DNA of 64,000 nt, taken from a virus. The stretch covers positions 1 through 64,000 of IMG/VR virus record IMGVR_UViG_3300044977_000094. One strand, given 5' to 3'. How positions within the stretch are numbered: the first letter of the stretch is position 1; every line of letters starts with the position of its first letter. Of this stretch, positions 35,383 through 44,972 are shown piece by piece. Made by a program: the position numbers and the translations under genes. The notes below the pieces were generated by a model. The model did not search any database, had not been told where the DNA came from, and saw only the letters and a list, made by a program, of their open reading frames with translations.

Positions 35383-35769
35383 TCAGCCAGCAGCCGGGGA
35401 CGGGCTCGGCGCCGGGGCGGGCTTCGGCAGCGACGCGACCGGGGTGACGTGGCCGCGCAGCACGAGAGCCATCAGCGAGACGATCACGGCGTTCAGAGAA
35501 GACACGGCGCCCGAGGACACATGAGGCACCCCGAACGCGACCAGGACGGTCGCGATCGCGGTCACGGCACCGGTCAGCGCCGCCACCGGGAACGGACGCA
35601 CCGACACGGCAGCGACCAGCGCCAGGACCGCCGTGGTCGCCGCCTCCAGGGCACCGGTCTGGCCGCCGGTCAGGCTGAGGCCGAGACCCACGGCCAGGGC
35701 CAGCAGGGACTGCACGAGCCCGGTCAGCATGACGGGCTCGGTCTTGATGACGTTCAGGATCTTGTTCAT
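35383..35769 (-). CDS. Holin-like membrane protein
   Basis: Four hydrophobic helices; EPV..LRGHVTP. Confidence 0.75.
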   Translation of the reverse strand: MNKILNVIKTEPVMLTGLVQSLLALAVGLGLSLTGGQTGALEAATTAVLALVAAVSVRPFPVAALTGAVTAIATVLVAFGVPHVSSGAVSSLNAVIVSLMALVLRGHVTPVASLPKPAPAPSPSPAAG

Positions 35770-35781
35770 GGGTAGCCCCTT

Positions 35782-36609
35782 TCAGGCCGCGATGACGAAC
35801 TGCTTGAAGTCCGCGTAGCTGCCGAGCAGCGCCAGCGTGGACAGGTGGATCCGGTAGGAGCCGTTGTCGCCCCACGACGACGACCAGCTGTTCCGGACCC
35901 GGACGTGGGACTTGTCGCCGTCGATCCGGCCGATCAGGTCGAACTTCAAGGCCTCAACTGCGGTGATGCAGGTCTCGTGGCCGCCCGCGACCCCGGAGGA
36001 GATGGCGCGCTCCAGTGCCAGCATTCCGCCGTCGCCGTCGACGAAGCCGAGGTTGTCGGGCTCCATCCATGCCTCGAACCAGGGCAGTCCGACAATGACG
36101 CTGCCGCCCTGGAGCAGGGAGACCAGGTTGCGGGTCCCGGAGGCGGTCTTGTGGCCCTGGATGAGTCCCTGGCTTTCCAGCTCCGTGCAGACGTACAGGC
36201 CGGTCGACCCGCAGTCCGTGGGCGGCCACTCCTGGGCCGGGTCGCCGGTCTGGTCGGTCACCGCGTGGTACAGCTTGATCGCGAACTCCTCGTCCGCGAC
36301 CGCGTCTCCAGACAGTCCTATCTGCGACAGGGTCGACGCCCCATGCACGGCGGCGTACCGCTCACCCAAAGACGCAGTGCCCGCGTTGCAGGTGCACGAC
36401 CCGAGCGCGTCGACCTTCGCGGCACCGGGCACGAGCTGGGAGGTGTCGATGCCCTGCTCGATGAGGTCTTCCTGGTCCAACACGGGTATCGGCGACTCGT
36501 GGTCGACGGTGGTGAGCTTCTCGCCGCGGTGTAGGTGCATGCGGTCCAGGCGCATCGGCTCCGGGGTCGCGTGCCGGCCGAACTTGGTGGGGGTGGTGCC
36601 TGCGTACAT
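35782..36609 (-). CDS. Papain-like (C1) cysteine peptidase
   Basis: LDQ..GSCTCNA, GGHE and VRNSWSSSWGDNG catalytic motifs. Confidence 0.85.
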   Translation of the reverse strand: MYAGTTPTKFGRHATPEPMRLDRMHLHRGEKLTTVDHESPIPVLDQEDLIEQGIDTSQLVPGAAKVDALGSCTCNAGTASLGERYAAVHGASTLSQIGLSGDAVADEEFAIKLYHAVTDQTGDPAQEWPPTDCGSTGLYVCTELESQGLIQGHKTASGTRNLVSLLQGGSVIVGLPWFEAWMEPDNLGFVDGDGGMLALERAISSGVAGGHETCITAVEALKFDLIGRIDGDKSHVRVRNSWSSSWGDNGSYRIHLSTLALLGSYADFKQFVIAA

Positions 36610-36629
36610 GGGCCCTCCGGGCATGGGAA

Positions 36630-36651
36630 AGTCCCCGCCGCGGCGGGGACT
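36630..36651 (-). terminator. Palindromic hairpin after the PLD/VIT/permease trio
   Basis: AGTCCCCGCCGCGGCGGGGACT perfect palindrome followed by a short T run on the minus strand. Confidence 0.55.
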
Positions 36652-36668
36652 GAGGGTTTGAGGAAGGG

Positions 36669-37091
36669 TCAGGCTCCTGGGGTGTCGCCCTGGATGGAGG
36701 CCGCGGGAGCTGTGTTCTGCTCGACGGCGGCCAGCCGGTCGGTGAGGGCGGCAAGCAGGGCGAGGACCTGGCGGTCGTCGGTCAGGGTCTCGTCGGTGCT
36801 GGCGCCGATGTGGTTGAGCAGGGCCTCAAGTGCCCGCTCCTGCCTGTTGTTACTCGCAGCGATCAGGTAGCCGATGAACAGCTCCAAGATCGTTGTCACC
36901 GTGTTGAGCGGGAAGTTCCAGCTGTTTGAGGTGAACCAGCTCGGCAGGAAGGGGTCGTGGGCGATCTCCGGGCCCAGGAGCGTCCACACCATGAGCGCCA
37001 CGAACCAGAAAGCGATGTTGAGAGGGGTGCCGATCGCGTAGCTGACCTTGTCGGCAGCATCGACGAAGCGGTCATTCAGGCGGCGGCTCAT
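36669..37091 (-). CDS. Low-affinity iron permease (Fet4)/DUF1003-like membrane protein
   Basis: RF..AD.VS..IGTP..VW..LGP..W..PLNTVTTI..LI...NNRQ. Confidence 0.65.
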   Translation of the reverse strand: MSRRLNDRFVDAADKVSYAIGTPLNIAFWFVALMVWTLLGPEIAHDPFLPSWFTSNSWNFPLNTVTTILELFIGYLIAASNNRQERALEALLNHIGASTDETLTDDRQVLALLAALTDRLAAVEQNTAPAASIQGDTPGA

Positions 37092-37525
37092 GCGGCACTC
37101 CCAGGCAGGAACAGGCCGCACACCAGCACGGCGACGAAGATCAGGCCGAGGACCGCGCCGGTCTCGGCGAGCGCCCGGACCGGATGGCGGTCAGGGCGCA
37201 TCAGGGCCACCGCCACACCGATCCCCAGGCAGATGACGACGGAGCACACCAGCGCGACCACGCCGGACGTGAGTGCATACGGGATGGCTGGCAGTACTGC
37301 GCCGGCGCCGGTGGCCGCGCCCATGACGCAGGAGGCTCCCAAGCCGCTGTCGGAGTCCGACAGCCACTCGCCACCGGCCATGCTGAGCGCGGAGGAGATT
37401 CCGCCCGACAGTGCGGCCGGGAAGATCAGCGACTGGTGGCCCAGCAGGAACAGGACCACGCCGATCAGCGACATCATGCCGTCGCTCAGCCCGAACACGG
37501 CCGGGCGCAGGAGTTGGCGATTCAC
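37088..37525 (-). CDS. VIT1/CCC1-family Fe/Mn transporter (minimal)
   Basis: PAVFGLSDG and ALSMAGGEWLS signature motifs; about 5 TM helices. Confidence 0.82.
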   Translation of the reverse strand: MNRQLLRPAVFGLSDGMMSLIGVVLFLLGHQSLIFPAALSGGISSALSMAGGEWLSDSDSGLGASCVMGAATGAGAVLPAIPYALTSGVVALVCSVVICLGIGVAVALMRPDRHPVRALAETGAVLGLIFVAVLVCGLFLPGSAA

Positions 37526-38064
37526 CGACCACCCGCCGCGCGCCGGGCCTTCAGCATGTGGGTGTGGATGGCGTCGATTCGCGCGCGAGCCTCAACGGCC
37601 ATGGTCAGGTTCCGGGTGACGGTCATCTCGTTGTCCTGGAGGGACTCTCCAGACGACGAGAGATTCGTGGAGCCGTCGACGACATCCATTCCGTCCACGA
37701 TGATGAGCTTCATGTGCATGATCGCGCCGCGTTCGGAGCGGCCAGCGACGATGGAATTCGCGGGGAAGTCCGCCTTCGCGAGTAGCGCCCGCTCGTGCAC
37801 GCCACCCGCCTGGCTGGAGTCGAGCGTCAACTGCACGAAGCAGGAGCCGCTGTCGAGCTTGCCGTGGAGGGCCGCAGCGACCTCGTCGTCGTCGAACCCG
37901 TACATCGCGACCACCAGCGAATGGCGGGCGGAGGCGATCAGGTCGACCAGCACGCCGTGCACGTCATCCACGGGTGCGAAGAATCGTCGCGCGTCGCTCG
38001 GGTATCCAGGAAGGAACCCTCCCGCCTTGTGGTGGTCGAGCTCAGATAGATCAGCCAGGGCCAC
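37522..38064 (-). CDS. Phospholipase D-superfamily protein (single HKD)
   Basis: ARHSLVVAMYGF..MHMKLIIVDG..GSTNLS..NE. Confidence 0.88.
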   Translation of the reverse strand: MALADLSELDHHKAGGFLPGYPSDARRFFAPVDDVHGVLVDLIASARHSLVVAMYGFDDDEVAAALHGKLDSGSCFVQLTLDSSQAGGVHERALLAKADFPANSIVAGRSERGAIMHMKLIIVDGMDVVDGSTNLSSSGESLQDNEMTVTRNLTMAVEARARIDAIHTHMLKARRAAGGR

Positions 38065-38452
38065 TGGTACCCCCTCTCTCGTCCGCATCTGGCGGATCGT
38101 TCTCGTGCTGGAGCTGGACGCGGAGGATGAGTACGACGCGCCAGACGATGACGACCGGCACGAGCGCGAACGCCAGGACGGTGAACCACGCGAACAGCGG
38201 CGTGTCCGCTGAGCTGACGCCGAGGGCGTGGTGGACGACCGAGGGCAGTAGGGTCAGGGCCAGGGCGCTGTCCATCGCCAGGACATTGCGCCCGATCGCG
38301 GAGCGCCACCACGGGGCGACCGCCCAGAAGATCAAGATGGATGCGATGGCGGCGCAGAACGTGACGATGACCTCGATGGTCGTCGCATGGACGATGACGT
38401 CCAGGGTTCCCGGGCTCACGGATACCCCCTCGAAATGGTGAAGAGCGGTCAA
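38051..38452 (-). CDS. Putative holin / multi-pass membrane protein
   Basis: APWWRSAIGRNV motif and TM helices. Confidence 0.65.
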   Translation of the reverse strand: MTALHHFEGVSVSPGTLDVIVHATTIEVIVTFCAAIASILIFWAVAPWWRSAIGRNVLAMDSALALTLLPSVVHHALGVSSADTPLFAWFTVLAFALVPVVIVWRVVLILRVQLQHENDPPDADERGGTSGPG

Positions 38453-38694
38453 TGCGGCGGCATCCCGAAGAGCTCGCCGATGGACTCGCTGAAGTGGTTA
38501 CGGCGCCGAATCCGGCGCAGGTGCTCGGCGGTCGTGGAGGCCTGGGCCTTGAGGCCCTCAGCCACGGGTGTCGCCGACGATGCCCGCGCCATTGCTGCGG
38601 CAGCTTCCCGCTGGCCCGGCGTCACGGTGCGCTCCAGCGACACACAGGATCGTCTACGGAGCGGGTGGCGGAGGTAGTGGACCCAGCGGGGCAC
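38449..38694 (-). CDS. Small lysis-region protein
   Basis: C-terminal RRRNHFSE motif. Confidence 0.6.
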   Translation of the reverse strand: MPRWVHYLRHPLRRRSCVSLERTVTPGQREAAAAMARASSATPVAEGLKAQASTTAEHLRRIRRRNHFSESIGELFGMPPH

Positions 38695-39004
38695 CGGCCT
38701 TCACCTCCCGCCCGGGCGGCGTAGGGAGCGCAGAGAGCAGATGGACAGCCGTGCGGGACAGCTCCTGGAGCTCCAGCGTCGACTCCTGCAACTGCGCACG
38801 GGCGGCAGCCTCGCGTTCGGCTACGAGGCGCCAGGTATCCCGCTCGGATGAGATCTCCCGGATTCTGCGGTCACGGTCCTCACGGAGATCCTCGACCTGG
38901 CGACGCGGCACCAGACGCCCAGTGAGGACGAGCAGGATGACGATCGCCAGGATGGTGGCGGCGCTGAGCTGGAGAACGCCCGCCTGGTCCCAGAGTTCTT
39001 CCAC
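38654..39004 (-). CDS. Membrane-anchored coiled-coil lysis-region protein
   Basis: TM followed by GRLVPR..WR coiled coil. Confidence 0.65.
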   Translation of the reverse strand: MEELWDQAGVLQLSAATILAIVILLVLTGRLVPRRQVEDLREDRDRRIREISSERDTWRLVAEREAAARAQLQESTLELQELSRTAVHLLSALPTPPGREVKAGAPLGPLPPPPAP

Positions 39005-39057
39005 GGGCGGTCCCTCTCATGATGGTCAATCCGCAGCAGCCGCCCCAGGGGCGACGG

Positions 39058-40992
39058 CTACGACAGGTAGCCGTACGGCACCGCCACGCCCGTGGTGGAG
39101 ATCGCCGCATAGGTGGTGGAGCCCACCGTCCCCGGTGTCGTCAGGCCAGTGGTTGAGGTGCCGGACGGGGGAAGGGCCGTCAGGATCGCCGTTCCCAAGG
39201 CAGTCGCCGATGCCGCGCTCGTCGGCGGCGTCCCAGCCGCCACCATCAGGCCCCAGTAGTAGACGCCGCTGGTCGGCGGCGTATACGTGGCGGTGAGGGC
39301 GACTGTCGCCAGGGACGAGGCGGTGATCGTCGCAGTCAACTGGTCTGCTGTGACGGCCCGCAGGATCCGCGAGGAGTCCAGGACGCATCCCCACCAGTGC
39401 GTCGCGGTGGTGGATCCGGTCGTGCCGCACACCCAGTTCCAGTGCCCGACGGGGATGCCGGCCTGGAGCCATACCTCGGCCAGGTACAGCGTTCCCGAGG
39501 TCAGTGTCATCGTCGAGCTGGTGCACAGGATCCGCGGCACCGTCTCGGCGAGAGCGGCCGACGGTGGCGAGGACGAGGACACCTGCCCCGCGGGCTTCTT
39601 CCACGTGCCGTTGCCGGAGCCGTCGGACGTGAGGACGTAGCCGGAGGTGCCGCCGGTGGTGACCTGGAGGGTGTCGACGGTGACGCCGCCGTAGAACGTC
39701 TGCGCGCCGTAGGTGGTCTGGCCGACGCCGCCGACATTCGCGACGGTGACGGAGTTCAGCTCCAGATTTCCTGCGGTCGTGTCACTGCTGAACAGCGTCG
39801 ACATGTAGCTGTTCGACAGCCACGTCAGCTCCAGCACGACCCCGCCCGGGGCGGCGGACGGGTTGAACCGGACAGCGGAAGCCTGGTGCAGGGGGTTCGC
39901 GCCGCGGTCCCAGGTGTGACCGGAGACCAGGACGGGCCCGGCGTAGTTCGCGAACTCGAAGCCCGCGAAGGACAGTGAGCTGGAATTGTTGTTGTTCGAG
40001 TCGGCAATGCAGCCGACCGCCGAAACGTTCGCGGTGCCGTCGAAGAAGAAGCCGTTCCGCCCGTTGTCCTGCGCGTAGCAGCCGGTGAGGGTGCCGCCGG
40101 ACGTCGAGGTGATATGGAAGCCGCTGCCGGTGGTCGTGCCGGACGAGGTCACCGTCGAGGTGGAGGCGTTCCAGCCGGAGAACCAGGCCTTGCAGTTGCT
40201 GACCAGGCAGTTCCCGGCGACCAGGAACCCGTCGAGGCCGCAGTTCGCGGCGTCGCAGTTCGACACGTAGTCGTCATTCGTCAGATTGAAGCCGTTGCCC
40301 TGGCAGTTCCAGACCTGGATGTTGTTGAAGATGCTGTCGTGCTTGTACGTCGACTGGACGCCGTCGCCGTTGAAGTACTCGATGTGCAGGTTGATAGCCC
40401 GGCAGCGGATGTCGTTGTACTCGTCGGTGCCGCTGGAGTACGTCCAGTTCCCCTGGAACAGCAGCCCGTTGATCGTATGGGTCTGGGCGCCGGCATTGCC
40501 CTGCAATCGCAGGTCCATGACGCACACCATCTCCGCGTGCGTCGCATTGGTGATCAGCGGGCCTGCGGTCATGCCGGCCTTCGCGATCAGCGTGGTCGCC
40601 CGCGGGCCTGCCCCCCGCAAGGTCACGCCGTGCGGGATCACCAGCGGACCCGTGACGTAGAAGCCCGGGCCGAGGTACACGGTCGTGGACTGGGCGAGCG
40701 GGCTGCTAGGGGCAGCCGCGGCCAAAGCGGCTGTCAGGGCTGCGGTGTTGTCGGTCGAGCCGTCGCCCTTCGCGCCATAGAGCGGGGCGTTGGCGTTCAC
40801 CCAGCCCAGGGCAGACGCGTCCACCCCGGGCTGCCAGCTGACGTTGCCGGAGCCGTCCGAGGTCAGGACATCGCCGAGACTGGCCCCAGAGGGGATCTGC
40901 ATCGCCGGGGAGCCGGTCAGGACCAGCGGCCCGGTCAGGGTGCCGCCGGCGAGAGGAAGGCGGTCGGCGGCGCCGTAGACAGTCGCGGTCAT
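39058..40992 (-). CDS. Tailspike / receptor-binding protein with pectate-lyase-like beta-helix
   Basis: YGAKGDGSTDNTAAL and repeated N..G.G beta-helix rungs. Confidence 0.85.
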   Translation of the reverse strand: MTATVYGAADRLPLAGGTLTGPLVLTGSPAMQIPSGASLGDVLTSDGSGNVSWQPGVDASALGWVNANAPLYGAKGDGSTDNTAALTAALAAAAPSSPLAQSTTVYLGPGFYVTGPLVIPHGVTLRGAGPRATTLIAKAGMTAGPLITNATHAEMVCVMDLRLQGNAGAQTHTINGLLFQGNWTYSSGTDEYNDIRCRAINLHIEYFNGDGVQSTYKHDSIFNNIQVWNCQGNGFNLTNDDYVSNCDAANCGLDGFLVAGNCLVSNCKAWFSGWNASTSTVTSSGTTTGSGFHITSTSGGTLTGCYAQDNGRNGFFFDGTANVSAVGCIADSNNNNSSSLSFAGFEFANYAGPVLVSGHTWDRGANPLHQASAVRFNPSAAPGGVVLELTWLSNSYMSTLFSSDTTAGNLELNSVTVANVGGVGQTTYGAQTFYGGVTVDTLQVTTGGTSGYVLTSDGSGNGTWKKPAGQVSSSSPPSAALAETVPRILCTSSTMTLTSGTLYLAEVWLQAGIPVGHWNWVCGTTGSTTATHWWGCVLDSSRILRAVTADQLTATITASSLATVALTATYTPPTSGVYYWGLMVAAGTPPTSAASATALGTAILTALPPSGTSTTGLTTPGTVGSTTYAAISTTGVAVPYGYLS

Positions 40993-41288
40993 GCAGTCGC
41001 CCCCAGGATGATGTAGGTCTGCTGGGCGCCCACGGGAAGCACGTATACCGCCGCGCCTGCGGTGGGCGTATACGGGGACAGGTAGGCGTAAGGGCCGGTC
41101 AGGTTGGGCGAGCCGTTGATATAGACCTGCGGGTTGCCGCTGGTGTAGCTGCCGGAGATGACGGCGGGCAGGCAGGCCAGCGGGTATCCGGAGTCGATTC
41201 CGGCGGTTCGGGACTCCAGCTTGGCGACCCGGGCCAGGAGCTGCTTCAGCGTCGCCGCGAACCTGTCGTTCAGCGCCTTCGGGTACAT
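40989..41288 (-). CDS. Minor tail protein
   Basis: Position in the tail module. Confidence 0.65.
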   Translation of the reverse strand: MYPKALNDRFAATLKQLLARVAKLESRTAGIDSGYPLACLPAVISGSYTSGNPQVYINGSPNLTGPYAYLSPYTPTAGAAVYVLPVGAQQTYIILGATA

Positions 41289-41310
41289 CGTCACGGCGCC
41301 CACCCCCCGC

Positions 41311-42519
41311 CTACTCGCCGACGATCACCGCTGAGGTCTGGAGCTGCAATGTCTCGTCCTGCTGCGGGCCGGGTGGCTGGAGGGTCCAGCCGGTGATCCT
41401 TAGCTGCTGCTGCAAGCCGGGGGCTCCGCCTGCCTGTGGCGGGTGCAGCGGTGACGTTGCGGCGAATGTGGTGGTGTCGCCCAGGACGATGTCCCGCAGC
41501 GTCGGGTATGCGCCCCCGCCGACGGTGAGGGTGGGCAGTGTCATGCCCTGCGTCACGAGGGCCACCTGGCCTGTCGCGAAGGCGTTCACCTGGGCCTGCG
41601 TGGTGACCACGGAGCCCTGCCAGCTGACGGTCGACTCCATCACCGGGTATCCGGCGTCGAGGTCGGCCAGGTCAGCGCCGTATGGGTACTGGGACTGCCA
41701 TTGGAGCTCGCTGCCGTTCGGTGGCGCGGTCGCCCAGATGTAGTTGGAGGACTGTGAGCCGGTGATCTGGTAGCCGTAGTCGATCACGTTGCCGGGGTAG
41801 GTGAGGGTGTACCCGCAGCTCCCGAGGGGGCGCCCGAGCTGCTCGTAGGCCAGCTGCACGAACGTGGCGAGGTTGCCGCTGGAGTCCAGCCCGGCCGAGA
41901 AGACGTACTCCAAATTCCCCGAGGCGGTCATGTCGGACCAAGCGCTGCTGATCTGCGTGAGGTCACTATAGGTGTAGCTGGCGGTCCACGGGACGCCGGA
42001 GATTGCCGAGGATCCGGTCGGTACCACGAGGCGGGCGACGCGGCCGTTGCTGGCCATCAGCTCCAGGTAGCCAGCGGGCCGGGTCGCTGCGGGGGAGACG
42101 CTGGAGATGTACGAGCTCTGCTTGGACAGGCCGTAGTTGAGCAGGTCGAGGAACGCCGCGTAGAGGTCGACGGCGGCGTACTCGATCGTGTCGGTGACGA
42201 GCCGGTGTGACCAGACGGAGTCGAGAGTCTGGGCGGCGATCGGCAGGGTTCCTGCCTGGCGGGACATGTCCGGCCAGTCCCAGACGACGCCGGACCACAC
42301 CGGATACCCGTCCATGATCACCCAGAGGAGGGCGCGGCGGCAGGCCAGGGCCGTGACCGCGGGCGCGTTGACGGAGTACAGCTCGTTGAGGTTGAGCGTC
42401 CCCGTCAGGGAACCGCCGCCGTTCAGCTGCTGCGAGAAGGACTGGACGTTGAGCGGCAGGTTGTCCGCAAGCAGCTTTCCGCTGATCAAGTCAGTGGCGG
42501 CATAGACATAGGTGCTCAC
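41311..42519 (-). CDS. Minor tail / baseplate hub protein
   Basis: Position; FSQQLNGGGSL..PVWSGVVW. Confidence 0.75.
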   Translation of the reverse strand: MSTYVYAATDLISGKLLADNLPLNVQSFSQQLNGGGSLTGTLNLNELYSVNAPAVTALACRRALLWVIMDGYPVWSGVVWDWPDMSRQAGTLPIAAQTLDSVWSHRLVTDTIEYAAVDLYAAFLDLLNYGLSKQSSYISSVSPAATRPAGYLELMASNGRVARLVVPTGSSAISGVPWTASYTYSDLTQISSAWSDMTASGNLEYVFSAGLDSSGNLATFVQLAYEQLGRPLGSCGYTLTYPGNVIDYGYQITGSQSSNYIWATAPPNGSELQWQSQYPYGADLADLDAGYPVMESTVSWQGSVVTTQAQVNAFATGQVALVTQGMTLPTLTVGGGAYPTLRDIVLGDTTTFAATSPLHPPQAGGAPGLQQQLRITGWTLQPPGPQQDETLQLQTSAVIVGE

Positions 42520-43598
42520 TTCGCGACCGGCTCGATCCGCAGGATGATCTTCGTGTTGGCGGCCGCGTACATACCCGTCTGGTACGCGCCCGAGTGGTTG
42601 GTCGCCGTCACCTTGACCGTGTGCGTGCCCGCCGACGGCGTGTCACCCGTCGCACTCGACGTGTAGTAGCTCCACGACCCACCACTGCGTGTCGTCGTGT
42701 CGGCGATGTTGTAGCCGGTCAGGAGCGTGTCCACCACAGTCGAGTCGATGTACATCTGGAGCAGAACGTTGAAGCCGTAGCTACTGCCCCGAGTGGAGCT
42801 GGTGCCCGCCCACTTGAAGAAGATCTCCACGTCGGTGTAGCCGTCAGTCGTGATCGTGGTGGTCAGGACCGTCTGCTCCGTGCCACCCCAGGACGGCCCG
42901 CTGGACGTGGTGACGATCACCGGCTCCCAGGGGAGCACGTGGATCTGCGTCGCGTTGCTCGTGTTGTTGTTGTGGTAAAAGCGACCCGATGGCTTGTCAA
43001 AAGCGAGCTGGCCGGTGTAACCGGTCACGCTGCCGACGGGCGCCACCAGGATCCCGCCAGTCGTGGTGGTGAAGGTCCGCTGATCAGTGATCATGCCGCT
43101 GGTGATCGACGTCGTGGTCGCCGGGATCGTCAACTGCCCCAGGGTGGTGCTGTTCGCAGGCGTGGACGGGGCCGATGGGGATGGCGCCGCGGTGCCCGTG
43201 ATGATCTCTATCGCGCCGTACGAGCTCGACGACCCGGCATCATCGACATAGGCCACAACCAGGTCAATCCGCGGATTGGTCGGGTCCGCCGTCTGGACGG
43301 TCAGCGTCGCCTGCGACGCCAGCGTCGACACGTAGCCGCCCGCCGTCGGAGTCGCCGTCGCGGGGACCACGTAGCTTCCCGGTTGCACAGTCACCGCCAT
43401 GCCGGTACCAGCGGACACAACCAGGCCCGAACCGCCGACGACGCCGCCCAGAACGCCGATCGTGCCTCCACCGCTGACGATGCCCTCGTCGTAGAACGTC
43501 GCCGTCACAAACGAGTTCCGCAGGTCATTGCCGCTGTCGGCGTCGTACGTGCACCCGCTCAACCACATAGGCAGGGAGGTGGTCACCTGGGTCGCCAT
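42516..43598 (-). CDS. Minor tail protein
   Basis: ADPTNPRIDLVVA..ITDQR motif. Confidence 0.75.
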   Translation of the reverse strand: MATQVTTSLPMWLSGCTYDADSGNDLRNSFVTATFYDEGIVSGGGTIGVLGGVVGGSGLVVSAGTGMAVTVQPGSYVVPATATPTAGGYVSTLASQATLTVQTADPTNPRIDLVVAYVDDAGSSSSYGAIEIITGTAAPSPSAPSTPANSTTLGQLTIPATTTSITSGMITDQRTFTTTTGGILVAPVGSVTGYTGQLAFDKPSGRFYHNNNTSNATQIHVLPWEPVIVTTSSGPSWGGTEQTVLTTTITTDGYTDVEIFFKWAGTSSTRGSSYGFNVLLQMYIDSTVVDTLLTGYNIADTTTRSGGSWSYYTSSATGDTPSAGTHTVKVTATNHSGAYQTGMYAAANTKIILRIEPVAK

Positions 43599-43607
43599 GC
43601 CTGCCTC

Positions 43608-44870
43608 CTAGATGTAGGTGTCCGACCAGTAGAAAGTCGCTGTCGCGCCCGAGCCGGCCGTGCCGCCGAACTGGAGCTGGTTGTCGCCCGGGGCGATTTC
43701 CCACCAGGCCGATGAGACATCCGCCGGCCAGTACGTGCCGCCCGTGCTCGGGATCCCCGGGTACATCGACAGCGTCGTGGGGTTGATGAAGGCCTGCCGG
43801 TTGAGGAAGTCCACGACCATGGTGTCGCCAGTCCCCAGGCTCACCGTGCTCCACGAGACGGTGCTGCCGCTGGTCAAGTTGGACAGGGTTACGCCGCTGA
43901 CTGGGCCAGTGACGACCACGACTGATGGGGTCTCAAAGCTGCCGCCATTGATCGCCACGCTCGATCCTGGCGGCGGCGCTGCGGCGAGACTGAAGGGCAC
44001 GGTGAACGGGACGACCATGTCGCCGCCGACGCCCGCGGAGAGCAGCCCGATCTGGATCGAGCGCTGCACGTTGGCGTACTTGCGGGGGTCGGGTGCGACG
44101 AGGCCGATCGCGAAAGTGACATCACTCAAGGTCGGATACGACTCGGTGATCTTCCCGGAGCGGCGCACCCAGGCGTACTTCGACACCGGCTCGTCGTAGC
44201 GCAGCTGCGCCAAGTCGCTGATCGGCACGGCCTGCTGTAGGAGTGCCCGGGCGGTGTCCCGCAGGGCCTGGGTCGGGGCGGAGGCCGTGACGGTCAGCGT
44301 CATCGTCCGGGCCGCGAAGTACTGCGGCGACGCCCATGCGCCGTGGTCACCGGATCGGGCGATGACCCCGGCGCCCTGCACGTCCGGGCCATCCCAGCCC
44401 TCCAGCTTCTGCCACAGCCAGCAGATGCCGTTGCCGTCCACGGCGCCGAACTCGATGTCCAGGTCAGCCGCGCTGTAGATCAGGCCGCCGGTCCAGAACC
44501 CGGTGTCGCCGGCCGGGACCGGCGGCGTGTAGCCACCCGGGATGCCACTGACGTTGAAGTTCTCGACGCCGAGGAACTCATCCGAGCCGTAGGTGCAGGT
44601 CCAGTTCGCGGTGTACACACCGGACTTGGTCATCGGTGGGATGTTCCAGGTGAAGGCGTACTGGCCAGCAGCGATGCGCCATACCTGCCCCGGAACAGAC
44701 GAGCTCGCGCCCTGGTAGGTGAACGGGCCCGCGACGTCCGAGACCGAGCCAACGGGCCCCCCGTACGTGATGTCCAACTGCACAGCGGACGGATCCGTCA
44801 GGACACCGCTGACCTCGTCGTAGAAGTTCAGGTCCAGCACCCACGGCTGGCCGGCCATCGCGCCAGTCAT
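43608..44870 (-). CDS. Distal tail protein with an extra N-terminal Ig-like domain
   Basis: LEGWDGP..DHG..ARTMTL..LVAPDPRKY..PGDN. Confidence 0.8.
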   Translation of the reverse strand: MTGAMAGQPWVLDLNFYDEVSGVLTDPSAVQLDITYGGPVGSVSDVAGPFTYQGASSSVPGQVWRIAAGQYAFTWNIPPMTKSGVYTANWTCTYGSDEFLGVENFNVSGIPGGYTPPVPAGDTGFWTGGLIYSAADLDIEFGAVDGNGICWLWQKLEGWDGPDVQGAGVIARSGDHGAWASPQYFAARTMTLTVTASAPTQALRDTARALLQQAVPISDLAQLRYDEPVSKYAWVRRSGKITESYPTLSDVTFAIGLVAPDPRKYANVQRSIQIGLLSAGVGGDMVVPFTVPFSLAAAPPPGSSVAINGGSFETPSVVVVTGPVSGVTLSNLTSGSTVSWSTVSLGTGDTMVVDFLNRQAFINPTTLSMYPGIPSTGGTYWPADVSSAWWEIAPGDNQLQFGGTAGSGATATFYWSDTYI

Positions 44871-44972
44871 TCAGCCCCCTCACTGCTGCGTCACGGTCCT
44901 GCAACAGAGGGCAGTCAGCAGTGTGCCCCCTGGCACACTGACCGCACCCAAAACAGGACATCAGGGGGGAAC

